From: Candidatus Saccharimonadota bacterium
Lineage (GTDB): Bacteria; Patescibacteriota; Saccharimonadia; UBA4664
Assembly (NCBI GenBank): GCA_019352195.1
Contig: JACAFG010000005.1
Location: 156,287-220,286 of the forward strand
Direction of reading: 5' to 3'
Length of the DNA: 64,000 nt
Below the pieces are notes generated by a model. That model was not told where the DNA came from. It searched no databases and saw only the letters and a program-made list of their open reading frames with translations. The position numbers were made by a program, and so were the translations under genes. This document shows, piece after piece, positions 30,422-39,171 of the stretch. The stretch's first letter is position 1, and the number at the start of each line of letters is the position of its first letter.

Positions 30422-30958
30422 ATGACCGAATTACCACCCGAGATAAATAGTTTTGTCGCTGATACTCGCGAAGACTTAATTGTAAATGCCATCGAAATAT
30501 TTGACACTATCAAGCAGTCACTGCTCGTGCTAGATAAAAATCTTACAGTCGTACTGGCTAATGCTTCGTTTTACCGAAACTTTCAATTTACCAAAAAGGA
30601 AACTGAAGGTACCCGTATTTATGATGTCGGCAACGGACAATGGCAAAGTGCTCGGCTCAAATCATTGCTCGAAAAAATTATTCCAGAACAAAAAGAAGTG
30701 AACGACTACGAGCTTGTACATACATTTGATCACGTTGGCGAGCGGGCAATGCTGCTGAATGCGCGAGAAATTATTCGTCAAGACAATCGCCAAGAAGTTA
30801 TTTTGCTGGCCATCGAGGATATAACAAATAAGAAGTTTATGGAGCAGCAGACAAAGGATGCCGAATCGCGCATCAACAAGATTCTCGAGAATTTGGTTGG
30901 GTCCTCCGAACGATACACGGGTGGGACAGGTTCCCCATTGGCCAAGCCGCTGAAATGA
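30422..30958 (+). CDS. Standalone PAS-domain protein
   Basis: LLVLDKNLTVVLANASFY..GNGQW..MLLNAR..ILLAIEDIT; SD GAGGAG. Confidence 0.85.
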   Translation: MTELPPEINSFVADTREDLIVNAIEIFDTIKQSLLVLDKNLTVVLANASFYRNFQFTKKETEGTRIYDVGNGQWQSARLKSLLEKIIPEQKEVNDYELVHTFDHVGERAMLLNAREIIRQDNRQEVILLAIEDITNKKFMEQQTKDAESRINKILENLVGSSERYTGGTGSPLAKPLK

Positions 30959-31332
30959 CCGACCGACGTTCTTCAAACGCGGTTTATATGCGCGAAGATC
31001 TATTGTGGATCGAGGTGGTGGGCGATCAAAACGGTGAAACAATTCGCGCTATGGGAGAGCTTATTGACGCGCAGATTACTATCTTGCGTAGGGCTCATAA
31101 GCCCGTATTAGTACTTGATGACCTAACGCGTATCGGCAATGCCAATACCGATGCCCTGAAAGGTGTGGCCATTTTAGCTCGGATGCTCGACTATGATCTC
31201 GCCGCCATGCTCGACAAAAAATCGGCGCTGATGCGCGGAGGCACTAACCTCCTGCTCACATCCATTGGGAGAGCCGATGCGCGTTATTTTTCTGACCGAG
31301 ATAAAGCTATGAATTGTCTTCGCAACGGATAA
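30955..31332 (+). CDS. STAS/SEC14 (SpoIIAA-like) domain protein
   Basis: VLVLDDLTRIG..YFSDRDKAMNCL pattern; coupled to PAS gene. Confidence 0.6.
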   Translation: MTDRRSSNAVYMREDLLWIEVVGDQNGETIRAMGELIDAQITILRRAHKPVLVLDDLTRIGNANTDALKGVAILARMLDYDLAAMLDKKSALMRGGTNLLLTSIGRADARYFSDRDKAMNCLRNG

Positions 31333-31349
31333 TTTCAGTATTTTGCGCT

Positions 31350-31597
31350 AAACATAAGAGGCACTCGAGAGAGTGCCTCTTATGTTTAGAAATTGGTCGG
31401 GGCGGGACTGGTCATGGAAGACGTCGCGGCGGTGTGGCTTACTAACTAACAAAGCAACGGGCTCAAACGACGGACTTAACTAAATCAGACTCTATTTGAA
31501 CCGGACATTCTTAACTCGATGTGCCACATCTAGGAGCTAATTTATATCCTCCTGTGTTCCGAAATTAATATATCAAATTAATTTATTGTGAATCAAG
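31350..31597 (-). repeat. Duplicated ~250-bp unit, copy 1 (promoter, conserved structured segment, CCCCGACCA, terminator)
   Basis: Conserved blocks shared with 37629-37868; terminator hairpin 31350-31387. Confidence 0.8.
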
Positions 31598-31649
31598 TAT
31601 TTATATACAGTCAGGCGGTGGCTAATTTATACTCGATGTGGCTTGCGCA

Positions 31650-31678
31650 TTTCGGGCGTCGCCCACGGTGGTGTACCA
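31650..31678 (+). repeat. Leu-array junction J4
   Basis: TTTCGGGCGTCGCCCACGGTGGTGTACCA followed by ATGTTCTTATGCTT. Confidence 0.88.
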
Positions 31679-31815
31679 ATGTTCTTATGCTTATAACGGC
31701 CTATCAAGGGCGCTATTTGCGTATTAAGCTTCTATAATGAACAACAGTGGACATTTGAAGCGAGCTATTGAGCTAGTAGTCCAATACTGAGCGGACTCAC
31801 TATAAGCGCCGAATT

Positions 31816-31849
31816 AAAAAAGTGCCCTCATGGTTGAGGGTACTTTTTT
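31816..31849. terminator. Intrinsic terminator
   Basis: AAAAAAGTGCCCTCA-TGGT-TGAGGGTACTTTTTT. Confidence 0.8.
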
Positions 31850-31856
31850 ATTGTTT

Positions 31857-32039
31857 TTAGCTTGTTCTCGGATGACCATGAGCGGCGTATTCGTCGAGTA
31901 GCTCTTTCTGCTCGATGTTTGAGTGAGCAGCAGCCGTTTCGATAAGGCGCTTCTGATCCTTCGCCTTTAACTCGTAGAAATGATTGTCGGTCTTGGGGGG
32001 AGAGAAAAGTTTAGAAAGTTTGCGTAGAATGCGTGTCAT
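31857..32039 (-). CDS. Small protein coupled to zeta-like gene
   Basis: 60 aa, ATGA overlap with upstream gene. Confidence 0.6.
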   Translation of the reverse strand: MTRILRKLSKLFSPPKTDNHFYELKAKDQKRLIETAAAHSNIEQKELLDEYAAHGHPRTS

Positions 32040-32737
32040 TTGAGCTTCTCCTCTAGCAGCTCCCTAGTATAGGGCGCTTTTAGATAATGATCAACGTTTG
32101 TAATATTTATTACGTATTTATATTGTAACGTATCAGCGTTCTTATTAATGAGGTATAAGTAAATTTTGTTTCCGAACTCTTCTTTGCAACGATTTACATT
32201 TTCTTTTGCCGAAAAGTATGCATTGATGAAGGTTTCTTTTGGAACCATCCGACCTTCGCGTAGCTCACGCGCTTTGGTTATGTCCCAAGCTACTAAGGGA
32301 TCTTGGTGCACATAAAGAATTACAGGTTGTCGGCCGTGTTTTATTGCACGCTCAATGTTTTTGTAAGCTAAGTCGTATCTAGCAAACGTACCGTCAAAGA
32401 GAAAACTAAGTTGCTTGTTTAGTGCATGGTCTAAAATCTTTTGAACCGCTAACGATGCTGCGCCTTGAACTTCATCAGAGTTATTCCCGGTGTAACCCGG
32501 TATAGTTGCTCGGATATCATCAGGATCTATTCGTAATATACCGCTTACGCCATGAACTTCTTTGTAGGCTTGTAAAAAGTTGCGAGACCACTCTGTTTTG
32601 CCTGCGCCTGGCGATCCGGCCATGAAAAACGTTTCTGGATGAGGGTTGGGAGTGAACTTTTGAGGATCAACAAATTGCTCGACTAAGCTGCGCTTGTTGG
32701 CTTTGACGAATTTTACGGCTTCTTCAGATAAACTCAT
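32036..32737 (-). CDS. Zeta-toxin family P-loop kinase
   Basis: MAGSPGAGKT, IDPDDIR, DGT, R..REGRMVP. Confidence 0.85.
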   Translation of the reverse strand: MSLSEEAVKFVKANKRSLVEQFVDPQKFTPNPHPETFFMAGSPGAGKTEWSRNFLQAYKEVHGVSGILRIDPDDIRATIPGYTGNNSDEVQGAASLAVQKILDHALNKQLSFLFDGTFARYDLAYKNIERAIKHGRQPVILYVHQDPLVAWDITKARELREGRMVPKETFINAYFSAKENVNRCKEEFGNKIYLYLINKNADTLQYKYVINITNVDHYLKAPYTRELLEEKLK

Positions 32738-32779
32738 GTTCTGATAATATCAGTTTTTACATGCGCCACTTGAATCCTA

Positions 32780-32808
32780 GTTCGAACGTCGCCCACGGTG
32801 GTGTACCA
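32780..32808 (+). repeat. Leu-array junction J5
   Basis: GTTCGAACGTCGCCCACGGTGGTGTACCA followed by TTAAACTTATGCTT. Confidence 0.92.
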
Positions 32809-32860
32809 TTAAACTTATGCTTCGAATGCTGTACTTAGTTGTCAGTGTTAAAACGCACTA

Positions 32861-33049
32861 ATGAATTCTCCTCGTACTCGTCTCACGCTAATTATGTTTA
32901 TTCTAGTGGCAGTTGTACTTGGTCGGTTGGCTACTCAAATTGCCAACTACTCCATCTATCGAATACAACCTGGTGCCTCGTCCTGCCAAAGAATTTCTGG
33001 GCCTAGCCTATGCCCTATCCTTGAGTCGTCATCGAGAAATTACGGATAG
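32861..33049 (+). CDS. Small hypothetical membrane protein or gene remnant
   Basis: 62-aa ORF with hydrophobic N-terminus. Confidence 0.35.
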   Translation: MNSPRTRLTLIMFILVAVVLGRLATQIANYSIYRIQPGASSCQRISGPSLCPILESSSRNYG

Positions 33050-33412
33050 CCGATAGTTACAAGTACTGTTCTAATCAAACCTAAAATTTCGGATGGGGCA
33101 TACCAATTTTCGGAGGAGGCCTTTGAACGCTCCCCGGCCTTACGGCCAGCTTTCTCTCCGTATATTAATGCCTTTGAAGACGACTGGATATTATGGAGCG
33201 TCTTTTTTCTCTTAGCCTTAATAGTTATGCGGTCTCATCAAAAAAAACCGTCGCTCGCTTTAATGTAGTCTTCTTATTTGGTGCATTGCACAATATTAGC
33301 AGCGTGCCGTAGCGGTGACCGTAATAGCTTATACAAACCCTCAAGTGGCGAAATATAGAGCTTATTTTCACAGTCTCCCATGGAAGTCTATTTCTTTTGA
33401 TATTATTAGGTC

Positions 33413-33808
33413 ATGAATACTCTCGTAAAGCGGCTTCGGGACGGGCAGGATCTCATGTTAGAGATAACTAAACTCGTCGGGGAAAATCACGTACAGGCAG
33501 GTATCATCCTGTCGGCTGTAGGCAGTCTAAAAGAATCAAATATACGCGTACCTATTATCGACGGCGCCGTGAAATACATTAATCCGACTAATTTAGAGAT
33601 CGACAACTTGCATGGAACGGTGTCGGTAAATGGCTGCCACCTTCATATTTCTGTGTCTGATATCGACGGTAAAGTTATGGGCGGCCATTTAAAAACCGGT
33701 TGCATTGTTCGAACAACATGCGAGCTGGTGATTGGAGTATTGGACGATCATTCATTCCGACGAGAGCCCGATTCCGATACTGGTTACGATGAGCTGGCGG
33801 TCACTTGA
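33413..33808 (+). CDS. PPC/DUF296 domain protein
   Basis: RLRDGQDL, SAVGSL, HLHISVSD..GGHL..TTCEL. Confidence 0.9.
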   Translation: MNTLVKRLRDGQDLMLEITKLVGENHVQAGIILSAVGSLKESNIRVPIIDGAVKYINPTNLEIDNLHGTVSVNGCHLHISVSDIDGKVMGGHLKTGCIVRTTCELVIGVLDDHSFRREPDSDTGYDELAVT

Positions 33809-33834
33809 TTCGCTGCTGACGAGGTTACATCGCA

Positions 33835-33863
33835 TTTCGAACGTCTTTTACGATGGTTTTCCA
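33835..33863 (+). repeat. Leu-array junction J6 (degenerate)
   Basis: TTTCGAACGTCTTTTACGATGGTTTTCCA followed by GCAGCCATCGAAC. Confidence 0.7.
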
Positions 33864-34002
33864 GCAGCCATCGAACCAAAACAGCGCATTTCTAGTGTCT
33901 TTCTCTTGTGCATTCAAAAATAAACTTGTTTAGATTGAGGGAGTTAGTTGTCGGAGCTTTAACCTTGACCGCGACTAACTGTGTAGCTATAATGTAATTA
34001 CT

Positions 34003-34239
34003 ATGAAGGCATCAATCGTCACCATCGGCAATTCAAAGGGTATACGCATTCCGAAGCCCCTGCTCGAGGAAAGTGGCTTAAGCGGTGACGTTGAATTAAA
34101 AGCTGTTAAGGGTGAAATCAAGATTGTTGCAGCAACACGCGATCCGAAGATATCGGAAACCATGCTTCTTTCCGAAAAAGTGCTTGCACGAGACTGGCTA
34201 CGCCCCGAAGAGGATGAGGCATGGTCAAGTTTACAGTAG
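34003..34239 (+). CDS. AbrB/MazE-family antitoxin
   Basis: IVTIGNSKGIRIPK; C-terminal DWLRPEEDEAW. Confidence 0.9.
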   Translation: MKASIVTIGNSKGIRIPKPLLEESGLSGDVELKAVKGEIKIVAATRDPKISETMLLSEKVLARDWLRPEEDEAWSSLQ

Positions 34240-34553
34240 GGCAAGTCGTCACAAGTGCCTTTCCATTTTCTGATCTCACGACACAGAAGTTGAGGCCAGC
34301 ACTAGTTGTTGCGATCGGGGACTTCGAAGACATAATTTTATGCCAAATCACCTCAAAAACGTATTCGAGCTCTAATCCTATCAAGTTAACAGCTGCAGAT
34401 TTTGTCGAGGGTAGCCTGCCGGTGGATAGTTTTATACGTCCTGACAAATTATTTACGGCCGATCAATCAATCGTACATTAAGCATATGGCAGAGTCAGTG
34501 ATGCAAAGCTGCAGCACGTTCTGGCCGATATTCGCCAGTTATTTACGACCTAG
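34221..34553 (+). pseudogene. MazF/PemK-family toxin with in-frame TAA at 34479-34481
   Basis: FPFSDL..KLRPALV..CQITS..IRPDKLFT; frame continues AYGRVSDAKLQHVLADIRQLFTT* after the stop. Confidence 0.85.
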
Positions 34554-34587
34554 ACGTAGTGGTCGAGTATCTTGAAGTTGAATTGCA

Positions 34588-34616
34588 GTTCGAACGTCGC
34601 CCACCGTGGTGTACCA
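34588..34616 (+). repeat. Leu-array junction J7
   Basis: GTTCGAACGTCGCCCACCGTGGTGTACCA followed by GCAATAATCAAACTATGATAACGCCTTTATTAAGGCGTTAT, near-identical to the sequence after tRNA-Leu. Confidence 0.93.
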
Positions 34617-34749
34617 GCAATAATCAAACTATGATAACGCCTTTATTAAGGCGTTATCTTTGTATATATCGCTTTGGGTCCCAAGTATTATTCAAAACTT
34701 TTTTTAACGGAAAGAGCCCCCAGGCGCGGAGGATTTACGGGCTTGAGGG

Positions 34750-35355
34750 CTAAGCGGTTAGTTTGATGGGATCAGCAACTTTGTGGCGCTGATATCCAGG
34801 ATGCCAGAGCCGGACCACAGCCTGAACGACTGCGAGCTGGCTGCCGGGAATGAACATGAGCGATGCCCTCGTGAGCAATCGCACCTTGCGTTCCTGCGAG
34901 GCGTAATTTGCCTCTTCGTCGCAGGACAATGGGAAGGCGTATTCGCTCGTGGTTGTGGTGATGTTGAACCCGCGCCCTAGTATTTTGCGGCCCAAGAACA
35001 GAATACGTGGTTCAGCGTGGCGGATCGTCACAAAAATTACATCTGCGACCTTGATACCGTTACGTGCCATTACGTGCTTGGCGCAAGTCATATTGCTGAT
35101 GTTATCTCGGGATTGATCCTCGAAGAGGATGTGGTCTGCTGGTACTCCCAAGTCAATCATGATGGCGCGCATTTCGGCGGCTTCGGTGAATTCGTTCTGA
35201 TTAGTGTCAAGGACACTCCAGCGTCCGCACGCCGTAACATAATCGACTTTGCCCGACAGCCACAACGCGGCAGCTTTGCGGGCAATCGATTTCGTGCCTT
35301 CAGCGCCCGGTCCACGACCAAAGGCAATGGCAATAGTTGTCAATCGAAACACCAT
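34750..35355 (-). CDS. YdcF/DUF218 family protein
   Basis: TEAAEM..LGVP..ILFEDQSRDNISN..VT..H..R. Confidence 0.8.
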   Translation of the reverse strand: MVFRLTTIAIAFGRGPGAEGTKSIARKAAALWLSGKVDYVTACGRWSVLDTNQNEFTEAAEMRAIMIDLGVPADHILFEDQSRDNISNMTCAKHVMARNGIKVADVIFVTIRHAEPRILFLGRKILGRGFNITTTTSEYAFPLSCDEEANYASQERKVRLLTRASLMFIPGSQLAVVQAVVRLWHPGYQRHKVADPIKLTA

Positions 35356-35440
35356 CCTCAGTTAGGGCGGATAGAGTAGTATATAGTAACATTAATTTAA
35401 CTATAGTGCAACATTATTGCGTTGTAATAATCGTATCGAA

Positions 35441-35469
35441 GTTCGAACGTCGCTTACGGTGGTGTACCA
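35441..35469 (+). repeat. Leu-array junction J8
   Basis: GTTCGAACGTCGCTTACGGTGGTGTACCA. Confidence 0.92.
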
Positions 35470-35549
35470 TTGTGTACAAAGTAAATAGTTACGACGTCTT
35501 GACGTCATAACGTTATTAGATCATACTCAAAGTATATAAGGAGACCCAT

Positions 35550-35780
35550 ATGGCAACCCTAACCGAGCGCACCACGGTATATCTTAATCCGTATGTAAAA
35601 AAGTATCTGCAGCATGAGGCCGTTGAACAGAATAAATCGATATCCGAATTGATCAACGAGCAATTGGCTGAGTTGCTGGAAGACGCTGAGGATTCGGCAG
35701 CCATTAATTCTCGTAAGACCGAATCTCTTACGTCGTGGGACAAGGTTAAGGCCGATTTAGTGCGAGACGGATTGCTTTAG
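35550..35780 (+). CDS. RHH-type antitoxin
   Basis: RTTVYL..L...A....SISELIN..EDAED; upstream of RelE. Confidence 0.85.
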   Translation: MATLTERTTVYLNPYVKKYLQHEAVEQNKSISELINEQLAELLEDAEDSAAINSRKTESLTSWDKVKADLVRDGLL

Positions 35781-35785
35781 CCCCG

Positions 35786-36037
35786 ATGTACGTAATTGTC
35801 TTGCGAACCAGCGCCACGAAAGAGTTACGCAAGCTGCCTAGTCCTATCCGGCAGCAAATCATTATCCTGATTGATTCGCTGGCAAGCGATCCAAGACCTC
35901 ATGGCGTGAAGAAAATGGCGGGGGTTGAAGCTTGGCGAATACGTTTTGGTGACTACCGAGTAATTTTCTCGATTCAAGATACCCGGTTATTGATTGAGAT
36001 TATCAAAATTGGTAACCGACGTGATGTCTACCGGTAA
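35786..36037 (+). CDS. RelE/ParE-family toxin
   Basis: SATKELRKL..DPRPHGVKKM..WRIRFGDYRVIF..IGNRRDVY. Confidence 0.93.
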   Translation: MYVIVLRTSATKELRKLPSPIRQQIIILIDSLASDPRPHGVKKMAGVEAWRIRFGDYRVIFSIQDTRLLIEIIKIGNRRDVYR

Positions 36038-36064
36038 CATTAACTCATCGTTATTTTGATCGCA

Positions 36065-36093
36065 GTTCGAACGTGGGTGACGGTGGTGTACCA
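36065..36093 (+). repeat. Leu-array junction J9
   Basis: GTTCGAACGTGGGTGACGGTGGTGTACCA followed by ATGAACTTATGTTT. Confidence 0.9.
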
Positions 36094-36160
36094 ATGAACT
36101 TATGTTTGTATTTACAACTAAGAGCCTCGGACGCGCCGAGATCTCTCAGTCGTCCAAGGC

Positions 36161-36697
36161 TCATTTCAGGGGCTTTCGCCAAACGCTACCGTCATATTCC
36201 CCTTCGGCATCATTGAAGTATCTTTCGGCAATGCCAACTGGTCTACCATACAGCCTCCGCCAGAATGGCCAGCCACTCCACCGAAAGCGGGGCCCGCTGA
36301 CGAGAACTATCTCGGTGTGCCCATCAGCACGGGCTTTGTTTTCCATGTGGGCGACAAGTGCACGGCCAATGCCTGTTCGGCGTGTGAGAACGTATGCGTC
36401 AGTGAGCTCGATTGGGTTTTCGCTGCGAGCAAAGCCGCGGATAATTTTGTCGGGTGGTTTGAGCGTCATCACGCCCAATAGCACCTGGCTTCCAGGTTGT
36501 TTTGCAACGACGCAATATCCTTGTGAGGGTTGGTTGCGATAGCTCAGTATAGCCGCCAATACCTCGGTAATCTCGTCCATGGCAACTTCGTCAGTGGGCG
36601 GATTGCGAATGGCGCTGATAAGTACCGGCAGCAAACTCTCCCTGGGGTTGTGAATCGTGAATAGGTCGCAAATTTCGATGTCACTGGTCATGTTCAT
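36161..36697 (-). CDS. GNAT-family acetyltransferase
   Basis: YVLTRRTGIGRALV acetyl-CoA binding motif. Confidence 0.75.
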   Translation of the reverse strand: MNMTSDIEICDLFTIHNPRESLLPVLISAIRNPPTDEVAMDEITEVLAAILSYRNQPSQGYCVVAKQPGSQVLLGVMTLKPPDKIIRGFARSENPIELTDAYVLTRRTGIGRALVAHMENKARADGHTEIVLVSGPRFRWSGWPFWRRLYGRPVGIAERYFNDAEGEYDGSVWRKPLK

Positions 36698-36846
36698 CTC
36701 CGCCGGAGAAGGAATGGGTTGCTAGATATAACAGCTTTGGCTGTCGGCATTACCATAGCTTCTTTCCCGTAATACATCAAGTCTTGGTAAGTACGTAAGG
36801 ATGCCGCTTGCGGGGTTCTTACTTTGCTCCACCACTTTGCAAATTG

Positions 36847-36875
36847 GTTCGACTGTCCTGGATGGTGGTAAACCA
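36847..36875 (+). repeat. Leu-array junction J10 (degenerate)
   Basis: GTTCGACTGTCCTGGATGGTGGTAAACCA. Confidence 0.7.
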
Positions 36876-36962
36876 GTACTAATGAACTTAAATATCGTCG
36901 TTGTTAGCGTATTTAGGGTGTGATATAGCCAGGTAGCTGGTCGGAATTGTTGGTAGGGTGAG

Positions 36963-37529
36963 CTAGTATCCGAACGATTTAGGCTGCGTCTTTTCAGCCG
37001 ACAATACCATCTCGTATTCGGGCCGTAGTTTACCATTGGAGAGTCTTGTCTCGGATTCAGGCAATTGGCTCGTGATCTTAAATCCGAGCCGTTTATAAAA
37101 CGATACTGCATTCGTGTTATAGGTTACTACGTTGAGTACGATATCGTCATCTCGTCCGAGCCACTTGAGCGCTTCAGCGGTTAAGGCGTAACCCGCGCCC
37201 TGGCCTTGATACTCTGGCAACACATAGAGCGCGCGAAGCTTGTGTTTGCCATCTTGCTTACGCGCTTCACAGTGGCCTACAACTTTATACCCTATAGTCG
37301 CTACCAGCCGAATAGTGGTTGAGTCGTGCTTCTCATTCGCGATTCTGTCAGTGAACTCCTGGATTGCGTCAGGTTGGTCCCACCAGTTCGTTGCCGCAAC
37401 AATATCCGCGTAGGTAATGCCATATTCAACGTTTGGATAGGTTGCTCGCCAGGTAAGCGTCTGCACCTCTCGAATGCCTGCAGCGTCGCTTGGAACCGCG
37501 CGGCGGATCTTGATATCGTAGCTTGTCAT
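36963..37529 (-). CDS. GNAT-family acetyltransferase
   Basis: LYVLPEYQGQGAG, NTNAVSFYKRLGF. Confidence 0.9.
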   Translation of the reverse strand: MTSYDIKIRRAVPSDAAGIREVQTLTWRATYPNVEYGITYADIVAATNWWDQPDAIQEFTDRIANEKHDSTTIRLVATIGYKVVGHCEARKQDGKHKLRALYVLPEYQGQGAGYALTAEALKWLGRDDDIVLNVVTYNTNAVSFYKRLGFKITSQLPESETRLSNGKLRPEYEMVLSAEKTQPKSFGY

Positions 37530-37628
37530 GGGTTCAGTATATCTGAGCCACGACGCTAAGTAATAGCTTGGCTTTTTCTGTGTCATTCGAACATGCTCCC
37601 ATGACTCATTGACTATGACGTAAAACGC

Positions 37629-37868
37629 AAAAGCAGAGACGCTCGTTAGAGCCTCTCTGCTTTTGATTGGTCGGGGCCGGACTTGGACTGGAAGACGTCG
37701 CGGCGGTGTGGCCGACTAACTAACAACGAAGCGGACAAAACTTACTACTACTTAGTAACGCGGACTGAACGGGACATTCTTAACTTGATGGGCCACATCT
37801 AGGAGCTAATTTATGTCCTCCTGTGTCTTCCGTAGTTAATATATCAAATCTCGGAAACGAAGATCAAG
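37629..37868 (-). repeat. Duplicated ~250-bp unit, copy 2
   Basis: Same conserved blocks as 31350-31597; different terminator hairpin 37629-37664. Confidence 0.8.
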
Positions 37869-38003
37869 AGTTTTTTTGGGTTAAATTATTTTACGCGGCC
37901 GGCTTGCCAGTTAGAATTTTCAATTCGCGAAGCTGCGGCGCCAAATACTGACCGGGTTTTTTGACACCCCTCCATTTGCATCGGGGTTTGGTATACTTTG
38001 CCC

Positions 38004-38612
38004 ATGATTAAGGCAATTACTTTCGATTTGGACGGCGTGTACTTCCCTAGCGGCAAGGCTAATTTCATAAAAGCTGTCGTTTCGCTTGGTGTAGCAGAAG
38101 ACGAGGTGAAGCGGGTTTTTCTTAAGAGTTTTGAAATGAATGAGCGTTACAAAATAGGCGTCATGACTGATGATGAGTTTTGGACTTGGGCGGCGGAGCA
38201 ATGGCAGTTAGACATGGCTCCAAAGCAGCTGATCGAACTATTAGGCGACAGCTATGAGGTAGATCCGAAGGTCGTAGAAGTCGTGAGAATGGCGCGTCGC
38301 AGTGGTTATAAGACACTGGTTTGCTCCAATAATTTTCCCGCGCGCGTCAATGAGTTGCAGCGTAAGTTTGCGTTTCTCGATAACTTTGATGCGGCGGTAT
38401 TCTCTTATGAAATTGGTGCCGTGAAGCCGTCTGAGGCCATCTTCCAGGAGCTGGTCAAGCGATCGGGTGTTATGGCCGAAGAAATTGCATTTGCTGATGA
38501 TGATGCGGAAAAAATATCCGGAGCGGTGGCTATCGGGATGACCGCTTTCGTATACGATGGTTTTGAACCGTTTATTGATCACCTCAATTCACTAGGAGTG
38601 AAATTAGCGTGA
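38004..38612 (+). CDS. HAD-superfamily phosphatase
   Basis: FDLDGV, SN, KP..IF, FADD. Confidence 0.9.
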   Translation: MIKAITFDLDGVYFPSGKANFIKAVVSLGVAEDEVKRVFLKSFEMNERYKIGVMTDDEFWTWAAEQWQLDMAPKQLIELLGDSYEVDPKVVEVVRMARRSGYKTLVCSNNFPARVNELQRKFAFLDNFDAAVFSYEIGAVKPSEAIFQELVKRSGVMAEEIAFADDDAEKISGAVAIGMTAFVYDGFEPFIDHLNSLGVKLA

Positions 38613-39091
38613 TCATCAAAAGTCATGCTCCCGAAAACTACGATTGCCCTATTTGCTTGGGCCTACTAGGCAGTGCTAGTCAAAAGACGTTGATAAAAGC
38701 ATCAGATTTTGTCTATCGAGATGAGCTGGTGAGCGCGTTTATAAACACGTTTTTCATTGGCAAGAATGGCGGGCATGTAATCGTCGTGCCAAACGAGCAC
38801 TTCGAAAATATCTACACATTACCCGTCGCTCATGGCCATCGTATTTTTGATGTGGCCCAAATGATTGCCTTAGCAATGAAAGCAGCCTATGACTGCGACG
38901 GCATTACCACGCGCAACAATAACGAGCCTGCTGGTGACCAGCACGCATTTCATTATCATTTTCACGTTTTTCCGAGATATGTGGACGACGACTATAACTC
39001 AGTGTCACCGGCCGAAAAACGACTAACAGAGCCTGCTGAACGGGCCGGATATGCCGCTAAAATTAAAGCCGCGCTTGCAGCAGGAGAATAG
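38609..39091 (+). CDS. HIT-family hydrolase
   Basis: CPIC, GHVIVVP, HYHFHVFPR. Confidence 0.92.
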   Translation: MIIKSHAPENYDCPICLGLLGSASQKTLIKASDFVYRDELVSAFINTFFIGKNGGHVIVVPNEHFENIYTLPVAHGHRIFDVAQMIALAMKAAYDCDGITTRNNNEPAGDQHAFHYHFHVFPRYVDDDYNSVSPAEKRLTEPAERAGYAAKIKAALAAGE

Positions 39092-39139
39092 CTAGCTGCC
39101 CCGGTGGGCTCTCGCTGCTTTGTCCCCTTCACGAACACA

Positions 39140-39171
39140 TTTCGAACTTCGCCCCCCCCGGTGACGTATCA
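39140..39171 (+). repeat. Leu-array junction J11 (degenerate)
   Basis: TTTCGAACTTCGCCCCCCCCGGTGACGTATCA followed by a decayed type A arm (AACTAACGTAACGCC). Confidence 0.55.

Noticed and set aside
28306-36093. Simple duplicated tRNA 3' halves or tRNA pseudogenes
   Set aside because: Only GTTCGA and GTACCA match; spacing is 29 nt versus 24 nt in the tRNA and no T-stem forms.
37585-37615. Possible extra junction (ATTCGAACATGCTCCC...), also weak candidates near 40050 and 41457
   Set aside because: Only the TCGAAC/GAACGT part matches; the GGTGGTGTACCA core is absent.
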